This document shows, one piece after another, positions 1-7,707 of a stretch of 38,439 nt of DNA. Below the pieces are notes generated by a model. The model was not told where the DNA came from. It saw only the letters and a list, made by a program, of their open reading frames with translations, and did no database searches. Source of the DNA: an uncultured Anaerolineaceae bacterium (GTDB taxonomy: Bacteria > Chloroflexota > Anaerolineae > Aggregatilineales > UBA2796); NCBI GenBank assembly GCA_964432445.1, contig CAYSOC010000048.1, positions 1-38,439 of the forward strand, read 5' to 3'. Every line of letters begins with the position of its first letter. Positions within the stretch are counted from its first letter, which is position 1. The position numbers and the translations under genes are program-made.

Positions 1-703
1 CGAGATTTTGAAGTCAGATCAGACCTGCTGCTATAACCCGGAACATACTTCAGACAGTCATGTCGAGGCCGGCAAGGAACAAATTATCATTTTGCTCTTC
101 AGCAAAGGCATGTATACGGCCAGTACACCTAGCCCCAATACAGTCTGGCTGGAACTCTATTTCACCCAGGTCAAGGTAGTCAGCAAGCCGGAAGTGACCG
201 TAGTGGCCTTCCCGTCAGGCACAGGCAATCAACCTGTCATCAATGTAACCTGGGATAACGCCGCCAGTTATTGCGAGTATGTGGGAAAACGTTTGCCAAC
301 AGAAGCTGAATGGGAACATGCCGCACGCGGAACTGAAAACTTCCAGTTCCCCTGGGGAAATACCGCCAAAACCAATGGTGTTATTCCAGCGAACTGGAAT
401 AGCAAGGCTGTCGAAAATGTTGGTAGCTACCCAGCGGGTCAGTCGCAGTATGGCGTTCTGGACATGGCGGGCAACGCCTGGGAGTGGGTGAGCGACTGGT
501 ATCAGGCAGACTATTATGCGACCAGTCCCAAACAAGACCCAACCGGGCCAGCAAACGGATTGCAGCGTATTCGGCGTGGCGGCAGGTTCATGCAACTGAA
601 CGAAACCGGGACATTTGAATATACGACGACCTATCGGCTGTCACAGGCAGGAGATACGGAAAACCAGTCGTTCGGCTTTCGTTGTGCGAAGGATGTTTCC
701 TGA
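1..703 (+). CDS. FGE-sulfatase (formylglycine-generating enzyme family) domain protein, probably 5'-truncated by the window edge
   Basis: FGE/SUMF1-domain motifs are present: [29 protein letters not shown], then [11 protein letters not shown], then a C-terminal RGG(R/S)F...FGFRC. The reading frame is open to nucleotide 1, so the true start is probably upstream. Confidence 0.6.
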   Translation, partial: EILKSDQTCCYNPEHTSDSHVEAGKEQIIILLFSKGMYTASTPSPNTVWLELYFTQVKVVSKPEVTVVAFPSGTGNQPVINVTWDNAASYCEYVGKRLPTEAEWEHAARGTENFQFPWGNTAKTNGVIPANWNSKAVENVGSYPAGQSQYGVLDMAGNAWEWVSDWYQADYYATSPKQDPTGPANGLQRIRRGGRFMQLNETGTFEYTTTYRLSQAGDTENQSFGFRCAKDVS

Positions 704-732
704 CCAGAGGAAACACCCTTTAAACACAATGA

Positions 733-1488
733 TTATTTCGCGGCTTCAGGTGTTGCGGCAGTCGTCGAAAACAACGATGGATCGACAAACGGCTTGACTG
801 GCACTAGCGCGCTTTTTCCGATTGCTTTGCGGATGGCTTCCGCACCGGGATATTTGGTCGGTTCTTTTTCCATTGCGCCCAAGCCGCCTTCTTTTCCATC
901 CAGAAGGGGTTGCAATACTGGAACCGCATCGGAGACATTGAAGAATTTGGGTTCTCCTAGCGGAATGTTGTTTGGAAGCTGATTGGCGGTCTGGCGAACC
1001 AGTGCGAGGTGTTGGCCTTCGATGACCGCGACCTGTGCCGCCGTTGCCGCCAGCAAGGGTTGGTCCAGTTCAGCGAAACGGCGTGTCGCCGCCAGATATG
1101 CCCCGACAAAAACGGTTTCGGCAACCGAGGTCACTGTGCCAAACGAGATCGCGCTTTTGAATACGCCCTGGGGGAAGTAGAACGCCTCAAGCAGGGCTTT
1201 ACCCCCATTGGCATTCAGAAATTCCAGATGGATCAATTCCTCTTCCAATGCGGCTTTGATGTAGGCTAATTGGGGAGTTGTGAACCTGATTTTGCTGTTG
1301 AGCGCCTGAAAATAATGGGTGCAGGCAAAGGTCTCGGCAGTAGCGGCAATATTCAGGATGGTGGGAATATCATCACCTGCCGTCTGTGACAGGTTGTGCA
1401 GGCCAAACATGCCACTAAAACCAACTGTCGAAGCCGTAGCGAGTAGGGTGCTGCCTTTTAGGAAGTCTCGACGATTTATCTGGCTCAC
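733..1488 (-). CDS. Tat-signal ferritin-like domain protein (secreted)
   Basis: The N-terminus carries a twin-arginine motif (MSQINRRDFLKGSTLLATAS). The rest resembles the ferritin-like (Ferritin_2/DUF4439) family, with E/H-containing helices (EEELIHLEFL, VIEGQHLAL). Confidence 0.5.
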   Translation of the reverse strand: MSQINRRDFLKGSTLLATASTVGFSGMFGLHNLSQTAGDDIPTILNIAATAETFACTHYFQALNSKIRFTTPQLAYIKAALEEELIHLEFLNANGGKALLEAFYFPQGVFKSAISFGTVTSVAETVFVGAYLAATRRFAELDQPLLAATAAQVAVIEGQHLALVRQTANQLPNNIPLGEPKFFNVSDAVPVLQPLLDGKEGGLGAMEKEPTKYPGAEAIRKAIGKSALVPVKPFVDPSLFSTTAATPEAAK

Positions 1489-1534
1489 GGTTACCTCTTC
1501 AATATTTGAGATAGTGACATATTTACCACACTGT

Positions 1535-1551
1535 TGTTGAAAAATTCAACA
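1535..1551. promoter_or_regulatory. Perfect 7-3-7 palindrome TGTTGAA-AAA-TTCAACA about 50 bp upstream of the ferritin-like gene start; candidate operator
   Basis: I read an exact inverted repeat in the 5' region of the minus-strand gene that starts at 1488. It has Fur/PerR-like box geometry but not the canonical sequence. Confidence 0.25.
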
Positions 1552-1692
1552 TACCCCTACATTAACTGAGCCATATTTCTGTAGGGGATGCTGTGATTGG
1601 GCGAATCAATCCAGAGACTGTCTGAAAAGGATTGACCCCTATCCCCAACCCTTTCCTCACAGGCAGGGAAAGGAGGTTAAAACCAGGCGTGG

Positions 1693-1722
1693 AAGTCCCT
1701 CCTCGCTGGCGGGGAGGGACTT
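1693..1722 (-). terminator. 10-bp GC-rich stem-loop (AAGTCCCTCC / GGAGGGACTT) 33 nt downstream of the kinase-WD40 gene stop
   Basis: Perfect inverted repeat with a 10-nt loop. On the minus-strand RNA it is followed by GGUUUUAACC, a weak U tract. Two weaker 7-bp hairpins (CCCTACA/TGTAGGG and CCTTTCC/GGAAAGG) lie nearby. Confidence 0.3.
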
Positions 1723-1754
1723 AGGGTGGGGTTTATTGAACCTCCCAGACGGTC

Positions 1755-4700
1755 TCAGCGTGGTGGCGTCCCGGCTGGCAGAGGTCCACCGCCAGTCTGT
1801 GGGTGTGCGCGTTCTTCTGACGTGCAAGCGGCCAGGCGGAAACGCCCGCGTTCTTCACAGGTGAACGGACGAATGAACCGATTTTTCAACGTCCAATCCT
1901 TGAGTTCCGTGAGACTTTGCGGCGCGATCTGCCAGACGATTACATCTCCATCCAGCGAGGTTGCCAACCCCAATTTGTTATCTGGCGTGAAACGCGCCTG
2001 CCACACTTCGGTACGATAGGCGATATAGTTGCCGACCAGTTCCTGTGTTTCCAGATCGAACAGGAAAAGGTCACCGCCGTTAGACCCGATCAACAGCAGT
2101 TTATCATCCGAACTCAGCGAAACCGAGCGGAGCGCTGCCCGTGCAAGATTGTAGGTAGCGCGAGGTTGTTGCGGTTTATCCACGTCCCAGACTACGGCAA
2201 AATCGTCACCACCAGCTACAACGAAAAATTTTCCGTCGTGTGAGTAGACAATATCGTGTACGAAGAAATGGTTGCCGCCAATGTATTTCTGGACAGGCTT
2301 ACCCGTCTCCATATCCCAACGTGTCACCGTACCGTCACCTTCGCCAGAAAGGACATATTTTCCGTCCGGGCTGATAGTGATGTTATAGAAGGGCATTGAT
2401 CCCTGAAAGACATTCAATGGGCGTTCGGATTCCAAATCCCAGAGGATAAGCGCTGCACCAAACGAGAGCGTGACCGCGCGTTTGCCATCCGGCGTGATTG
2501 CCAGTCCGGTCAGTGCGCTGATCGGAGACTCATAGCGCCGGATCATTTTTCCGGTTTCTGCGTCCCAGAGCGTCATGGCGTTATCGCCGGGACCAAAAGG
2601 ATTGCCCGAAGTGGTCACGAAGCGTTTGCCATCGGGCAGGAACGCCGCCGAGAAAATAGTGCTTTTCGCGCCCTCAAACGCCCGTATCTCTTTACCCGTA
2701 GCAATATCCCAGATATGGATCAGGTTTGGTCCGAAGTATGGTTTAAAGAAACTCGGAGAGCCGGAACTAGTAACGGCGGTCTTTCCATCCGGGCTGATCG
2801 CCAGCGCCCATTGACCTGTTCCCGGCGGCGAGAACATGCGGCGTACTTCGTTGTGGCTGAACAATTCCCAGTCGCGGGCGAAGGCATCTGCCCCGGCGGT
2901 GATTACGCTGCGGCTGTCTGGCGAGAACGCCATATCTGTGATCGGCGCATTGGGGTACAGGAAACGGCTGATTTCGATACCGTTCTGCAAATCCCAAACC
3001 ATGATATAGCTCTCGAAGCCATAGGTCACGGCAAAACGTCCATCCGGGCTGATGGCGACCCGATACGCAAAGCGGTCATAGGGCGCGGGTATCCGGCGGA
3101 TGATCTCGCCCGTGTCCAGATTCCAGTAAATGACAGCGCCTTCGATCCCGCCGGAAAGCGCGGTTTTGCTATCCGGGCTATAGGAGAGGCTAAACACGCC
3201 GCCCTGATGCCCCTTGAGATGGCGCAATTCCTGCCCGGTTTGCAAATCCCACAGCACAACGTCGGGCGCGTCAATCAGTGGCGAAGTTGGACCAGCAGGC
3301 CCAGTACCCGTCAGCGCTGTTTTACCATCGGGGCTGACGGCAATGGAATAATAAAAGTCACGCGAGGCATTGAAGCGGCGTATTTCTTCGCCCGTTTTGG
3401 TATTCCATAATACCAGTGCCGATTTGCCCGTTTCGAGGTCGTTATTGGCGGCAAGGATCGCATTCCCATCCGGTGTGAGTGCTATGGCGACCACCTGCCC
3501 GACATGCTTCCCAATCTGACGCAGTTCCTTGCCGCTGGCAATATCCCAGACCCGTAGCGTACCATCAGCGGAGGCAGAGTAGACCAATTTACCATCAGCA
3601 GAGAAAGCCAGATCGGTGAGGGTGTTGGTGTGTCCTTCCAACCGCTGGAGCATCTTGCCGTCTGTCCGATCCCACAGCACCACCGCATAATCTCCCGACG
3701 CGGGCGAACTGTTCAGCGGTTGGAAAGTTGGTCTGCCTTTATACAGGTTCGATCCCGGTGTGGTCGGTCCACCGCCAGACGCGATCAGCTTCATATCCGG
3801 GCTGAGTGCCACTGCCCACAGTGGATTCGTCGTCTGTATCTGGCGGCGTGTCCCCGGCAGCGATGCGGTTTGCAAGAGCATTCGTTTGGATTCATTTGGC
3901 GGCGCGTCGGTCTTGTTGGCTTCCAACGCTAGCGCCAGCGTGAGATCGAGATCATTTTCATTCAGGGTTTGCTGTGCCGATGCCGAGAGCGCCAGACTTT
4001 GCACCTCTATCGCACGATTTTCAGCGATGGCGCGTGCCTGTTGTTCGGCTTGGCTACGGCTGAAAGCAAAAGCAGTCAGGCCAAGCGAAATAACTACCGC
4101 CGCCGCCATGACCCCGACCAGCCCTCGCAGCGTTTGCGCGGCGCGACGTTCCAGATTTTTTTCGCGCGCTTGCCGCTCCTGTTCGGCGGCTTCTTGGGCT
4201 TTACGTTCCTGTAGACTGGTTTGCAGGTATTCGTTTTCAAAAGCAGTCAGCGCCAAATCAGTCGTTTTTGTCCACTCGTCGAACTGCGTCAGGCGTGAAC
4301 CACGCAGCAGGAAACTCGGATCGCGTTTGGCAGTCTGCCATTCGTTCGCCGCAGCGGAGAGTTGGCGTTGTGTCCGAATATCGCCACGACCAGCATCCAG
4401 CCATTCCCGAAGCTGCACCCATTCCCGAATCAGGGCTTCGTGCGCGACTTCTACGGTAGGTTCGCGGGTCTGTGCATCATGGTCGAAAGTGAACAGCCGG
4501 AACTTGCCAAAATTATCGAGGATGGTTTGCAGCGCATCCTTGTCCTTCGCAACGGCTGCCAGTTCGGAACGGAGCGCCCGCCGCCGGGTATCTTCCACCC
4601 CTTCACCCAACGTAACGAGGCGCAGGAAAACCTGTCGTGCCACGCTCTTCTGTGCTGGACTGAGCGCGTTATAGAGTTCATCGGCACGGCGGGCGACTGC

Positions 4701-6380
4701 ACCAGTCACACGCCCGATGTTCTGATAACTTTCCAGCCTGAGCAGGTTTGCCGTGCGACGCTCAAAGAGTTCTGTGAGCGCATATTGCAACAGTGGGAGC
4801 GTACCCGGTTCTTCGCGTACATCGGTGATAATATCCGCCACGAGGTTCGGCGCGACCTGTAACCCGGCACGTTCGGCAGGCTTGATGATCGCCGCTTCCA
4901 GTTCTTCAGTTGTGAGGGGGATAACCACTTCGGTACGGTTGCGAATCAATGCCGCGAACGCTTCATAGAGCAGTGGGCGATCATAAAAATCGGCGCGCAA
5001 CGTCACGATCAGATGCAGACGTGGATCGCTTTGTACTGCGTTCGTCAACAGTTCAAGGAAGCGCACGCGGGCAGCTTCATCATCCAGCAGGGTAAAAACT
5101 TCTTCAAATTGATCGATTAACAGGAATAAGTGTTCATTTTCCGGCAGAATCGCCTTGAGCGCGTTTTTCAGCCCATCACCATCCTTGCGCAATATTTCCG
5201 CGAGATCAGCAGGAGGGTTGATCGCTACGCTCAGGAGTGCCGTTTCGAGAGTCTGGAACGGATCAACGCCGGGGGTCAGTTCCGCATAGAACCATTTTGC
5301 CGAACCGGGCAACGCGCCGCGCTTCAACGCCGGGATCACGCCTGCTTTGACTACGCTGGATTTACCGCTTCCGCTTGGCCCGACCACCGCAAGGAAATTG
5401 GAATGGCGTTCCTTGCCATCCAGACGCTCGATTAGATATTTCACCAGCGCTTCGCGTCCGAAAAAATCGCCCGCGTCCGCTTCATCGAAGGCGCGCAAGC
5501 CTTTATAGGGGTTGACGATGGTTGTGAAGTCCACCACAGCGAACCCGGTTTCAATGGGGGTATCTGCCGAAAGCGCCTCGCGGAAGTTCTTCGCCAGTGC
5601 TACTGCATCCGGGTAGCGATCCGCTGGCAGTCGCGCAGTTGCCCGCTGGATGAAGGCGCGCAGTTTTGGCGAGATTGGCGAATTAGCGGGAATATCCAGC
5701 GCATTGCCTTGCAAATGTTTCAGGAACATCTGCGAAGGGGTCAGCCCTTGAAACGGATGATTCGCAGTCAGGACTTCATAGATGACGATCCCGAAACTGT
5801 ATAAATCCGTATGCGCTCCGATTTCCCCGGCTGTGATCTGTTCTGGTGCGATATAACCGGGTGAGCCGCTTACATCGTCCTCCTCTTCACCATCCTTCGT
5901 TGTCGCTCTTGCGATGCCGAAATCTGTCAGATAGGCGTTGCCATCATCATCGAGCAGGATGTTATCCGGTTTAATATCGCGGTGAATGATGTTGTTGCGA
6001 TGCGCCAGAGAGAGAGCCGACGAAATCTGATCCACCAGTTTCAGAGTAGCTTCCGGCGTAAACGCGCCTTTGTTGCGCAACGTCGCGTAGACGCTCCCGG
6101 CGCGCAGATAACGCATTACCAGATATGCGCCTTCGGGGTCACGCCAATAGTCAATCAGCGGGACGATGTGCGGGTGTTCGAGTCGGGCGACGAGTTGCGC
6201 CTCAGTCTCGAAACGGCGGATAAAATCGGGACGACTGGCGTATTCAGGAAGGATCACCTTAATGGCGATTTCACGATCTACCGAAAGCTGTCGCCCGCGA
6301 TAGATAGCACCAAAACCGCCTTCACCGATCTTGTCTTGCAGGGCATACCCTTTGATGTTTAGTCCGGCTAAACTGCTCAT
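1755..6380 (-). CDS. Multidomain Ser/Thr protein kinase - STAND-like P-loop NTPase - coiled coil - single TM helix - about 14 WD40 repeats
   Basis: Kinase motifs GEGGFGAIYRG, AIK, HRDIKPDNILL, DFGIA, SGSPGYIAPE. An FGRE motif followed by Walker A GPSGSGKSS and Walker B LLIDQFEE. A charged coiled-coil segment (ERKAQEAAEQERQAREKNLERR). A hydrophobic helix (LVGVMAAAVVISLGLTAFAF). Many WD dipeptide blades (VLWD, RVWD, VLWN, IYWN, VWDL, IWDI, TLWD, ILWD, TRWD, VVWD). The long ORF opens at 6434, but the Met at 6380 (MSSLAGLNIKGY...) lies 14 residues before the glycine loop, the typical spacing. Confidence 0.85.
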   Translation of the reverse strand: MSSLAGLNIKGYALQDKIGEGGFGAIYRGRQLSVDREIAIKVILPEYASRPDFIRRFETEAQLVARLEHPHIVPLIDYWRDPEGAYLVMRYLRAGSVYATLRNKGAFTPEATLKLVDQISSALSLAHRNNIIHRDIKPDNILLDDDGNAYLTDFGIARATTKDGEEEDDVSGSPGYIAPEQITAGEIGAHTDLYSFGIVIYEVLTANHPFQGLTPSQMFLKHLQGNALDIPANSPISPKLRAFIQRATARLPADRYPDAVALAKNFREALSADTPIETGFAVVDFTTIVNPYKGLRAFDEADAGDFFGREALVKYLIERLDGKERHSNFLAVVGPSGSGKSSVVKAGVIPALKRGALPGSAKWFYAELTPGVDPFQTLETALLSVAINPPADLAEILRKDGDGLKNALKAILPENEHLFLLIDQFEEVFTLLDDEAARVRFLELLTNAVQSDPRLHLIVTLRADFYDRPLLYEAFAALIRNRTEVVIPLTTEELEAAIIKPAERAGLQVAPNLVADIITDVREEPGTLPLLQYALTELFERRTANLLRLESYQNIGRVTGAVARRADELYNALSPAQKSVARQVFLRLVTLGEGVEDTRRRALRSELAAVAKDKDALQTILDNFGKFRLFTFDHDAQTREPTVEVAHEALIREWVQLREWLDAGRGDIRTQRQLSAAANEWQTAKRDPSFLLRGSRLTQFDEWTKTTDLALTAFENEYLQTSLQERKAQEAAEQERQAREKNLERRAAQTLRGLVGVMAAAVVISLGLTAFAFSRSQAEQQARAIAENRAIEVQSLALSASAQQTLNENDLDLTLALALEANKTDAPPNESKRMLLQTASLPGTRRQIQTTNPLWAVALSPDMKLIASGGGPTTPGSNLYKGRPTFQPLNSSPASGDYAVVLWDRTDGKMLQRLEGHTNTLTDLAFSADGKLVYSASADGTLRVWDIASGKELRQIGKHVGQVVAIALTPDGNAILAANNDLETGKSALVLWNTKTGEEIRRFNASRDFYYSIAVSPDGKTALTGTGPAGPTSPLIDAPDVVLWDLQTGQELRHLKGHQGGVFSLSYSPDSKTALSGGIEGAVIYWNLDTGEIIRRIPAPYDRFAYRVAISPDGRFAVTYGFESYIMVWDLQNGIEISRFLYPNAPITDMAFSPDSRSVITAGADAFARDWELFSHNEVRRMFSPPGTGQWALAISPDGKTAVTSSGSPSFFKPYFGPNLIHIWDIATGKEIRAFEGAKSTIFSAAFLPDGKRFVTTSGNPFGPGDNAMTLWDAETGKMIRRYESPISALTGLAITPDGKRAVTLSFGAALILWDLESERPLNVFQGSMPFYNITISPDGKYVLSGEGDGTVTRWDMETGKPVQKYIGGNHFFVHDIVYSHDGKFFVVAGGDDFAVVWDVDKPQQPRATYNLARAALRSVSLSSDDKLLLIGSNGGDLFLFDLETQELVGNYIAYRTEVWQARFTPDNKLGLATSLDGDVIVWQIAPQSLTELKDWTLKNRFIRPFTCEERGRFRLAACTSEERAHPQTGGGPLPAGTPPR

Positions 6381-6495
6381 TATGGACTTTTCCCCGTGAG
6401 GCATCGAATTGAATCGCCACAAATAGTAACGCAATCCCTTGAAATACGCTCCACTGGAATTGTTTCAAAATTATGATACTTCCACTAACATCCAG

Positions 6496-7554
6496 CTACG
6501 GAGTTAGTGGCTGGCTGGTTTGCACTGCCTTAATCACCAATAGGATAGCGTCAGTGACCTGCTGTGCATACTGTTCATTGCCGAGGATCGAGCCATGATC
6601 CGCCCCTGCGATCACGCGCGTAATGCTGTTTGAAGAATACATGCTGATTTTGGCATGAAATTCTCGCAATGTCGGAACCAGTTCCATCATCTTGTTTGTT
6701 TCAGATGCCCATAGGATGACAACCGGGAGCGTTCCCAGATTTTCAGCCGTTGCGGAGGCTTCGGTAAGCGATTTCATCACCGGGATTTCTTCGGCATAGG
6801 TGGTATCAAAAGTGCGGTTGGTAGAATGTAGTGCCGCCAATTCTGGCACAATTTCCGATGGATAACCCCATTTGCTAAAACTACTGCTATCGGATAGACG
6901 CACGATTCCCGTTCGATACGCTATCCATAGAAACATCTGCAACATATCGTTTGATCTTTTCCAATCCTCAAACTCGCTCTGACTGGCAAATTTCGCTGGA
7001 ATGACCAGTCCGCTGTCGACCAGAACAACGCCCGCTACTTCTTTTGGATACTGTGCTGCGTATATACGTGTCCAGATGCCACCATAGGAGTGTCCCGCCA
7101 TAACGTAAGGGGCAGGTATCCCCGCCTGCTGCAAAAGGATATGGAGTTCACTTGTGATTGTGAGGGCATCGCGCGCATCGGAAACTGATTCGCTCCAGCC
7201 TAGTCCGGGGCGATCATAGGCGCAGACTTGCGTTTGTCTGGAAAGCTGATTCTGAACCCGATACCACCACAGAGATTCGGCAGAGAGGCCACCTTGCAAA
7301 ACGACAGTCGGGCTCCCCTTACCTGTGCAGATAATGTGTATCTGATGACCATTCACAGTAAACAATTGTCCGCGCGGTGAAAAATTGCGTTTGTCTTGTT
7401 CGGTGGTAATGCTCTGATATGCCACGCCCAACACGATGAGCAAAAGTAAAATAAGGACGAACCATTTTAGAAAACGCCTTATGATAAAAAGGCAACCCCG
7501 ACGTTGTACGGTCTTTTTTTGCTTGGGTAATGTTTCACTTATACTTGTAGTCAA
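6496..7554 (-). CDS. Membrane-anchored alpha/beta-hydrolase (esterase/lipase-like)
   Basis: N-terminal TM helix (FVLILLLLIVLGVAYQSI), a nucleophile elbow GHSYGG, and later D/H residues consistent with the alpha/beta fold. Confidence 0.65.
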   Translation of the reverse strand: MTTSISETLPKQKKTVQRRGCLFIIRRFLKWFVLILLLLIVLGVAYQSITTEQDKRNFSPRGQLFTVNGHQIHIICTGKGSPTVVLQGGLSAESLWWYRVQNQLSRQTQVCAYDRPGLGWSESVSDARDALTITSELHILLQQAGIPAPYVMAGHSYGGIWTRIYAAQYPKEVAGVVLVDSGLVIPAKFASQSEFEDWKRSNDMLQMFLWIAYRTGIVRLSDSSSFSKWGYPSEIVPELAALHSTNRTFDTTYAEEIPVMKSLTEASATAENLGTLPVVILWASETNKMMELVPTLREFHAKISMYSSNSITRVIAGADHGSILGNEQYAQQVTDAILLVIKAVQTSQPLTP

Positions 7555-7707
7555 TTTTCGTTTTCCTTCATCGTGGCCTATAGTATGCCTGCTTATTGTA
7601 TTTTATTGTGAGATTATGAATGTTGTCCGGTTGAGCCTTCCAACAACAATACAGGCAACAAGGCACAAGGCTTTTGGGTAGTTTTAGATTGTAGTTCTGA
7701 AAGGATC

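Noticed and set aside
8-703. Treating the FGE-domain ORF as a complete gene starting at the Met at 8
   Set aside because: The reading frame is open to the first base of the window. The motif positions (substrate-binding and C-terminal RGGxF) place this segment in the C-terminal part of an FGE domain, so the gene probably begins upstream of the window.
2715-3410. 231-aa plus-strand ORF
   Set aside because: It is antisense to the WD40 region of the large minus-strand gene and has no recognisable domain. It is an artefact of high GC.
3741-3775. GGTTCGATCC, a tRNA T-loop-like string
   Set aside because: It lies inside the kinase-WD40 coding frame with no flanking acceptor or anticodon stems, so it is a chance match.
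3760-4674. 304-aa plus-strand ORF rich in Ser/Arg/Cys/Ala
   Set aside because: It is entirely antisense to the well-supported kinase-STAND-WD40 CDS. Its composition is the low-complexity kind expected from the reverse complement of a GC-rich coding frame. It has no motifs and no RBS.
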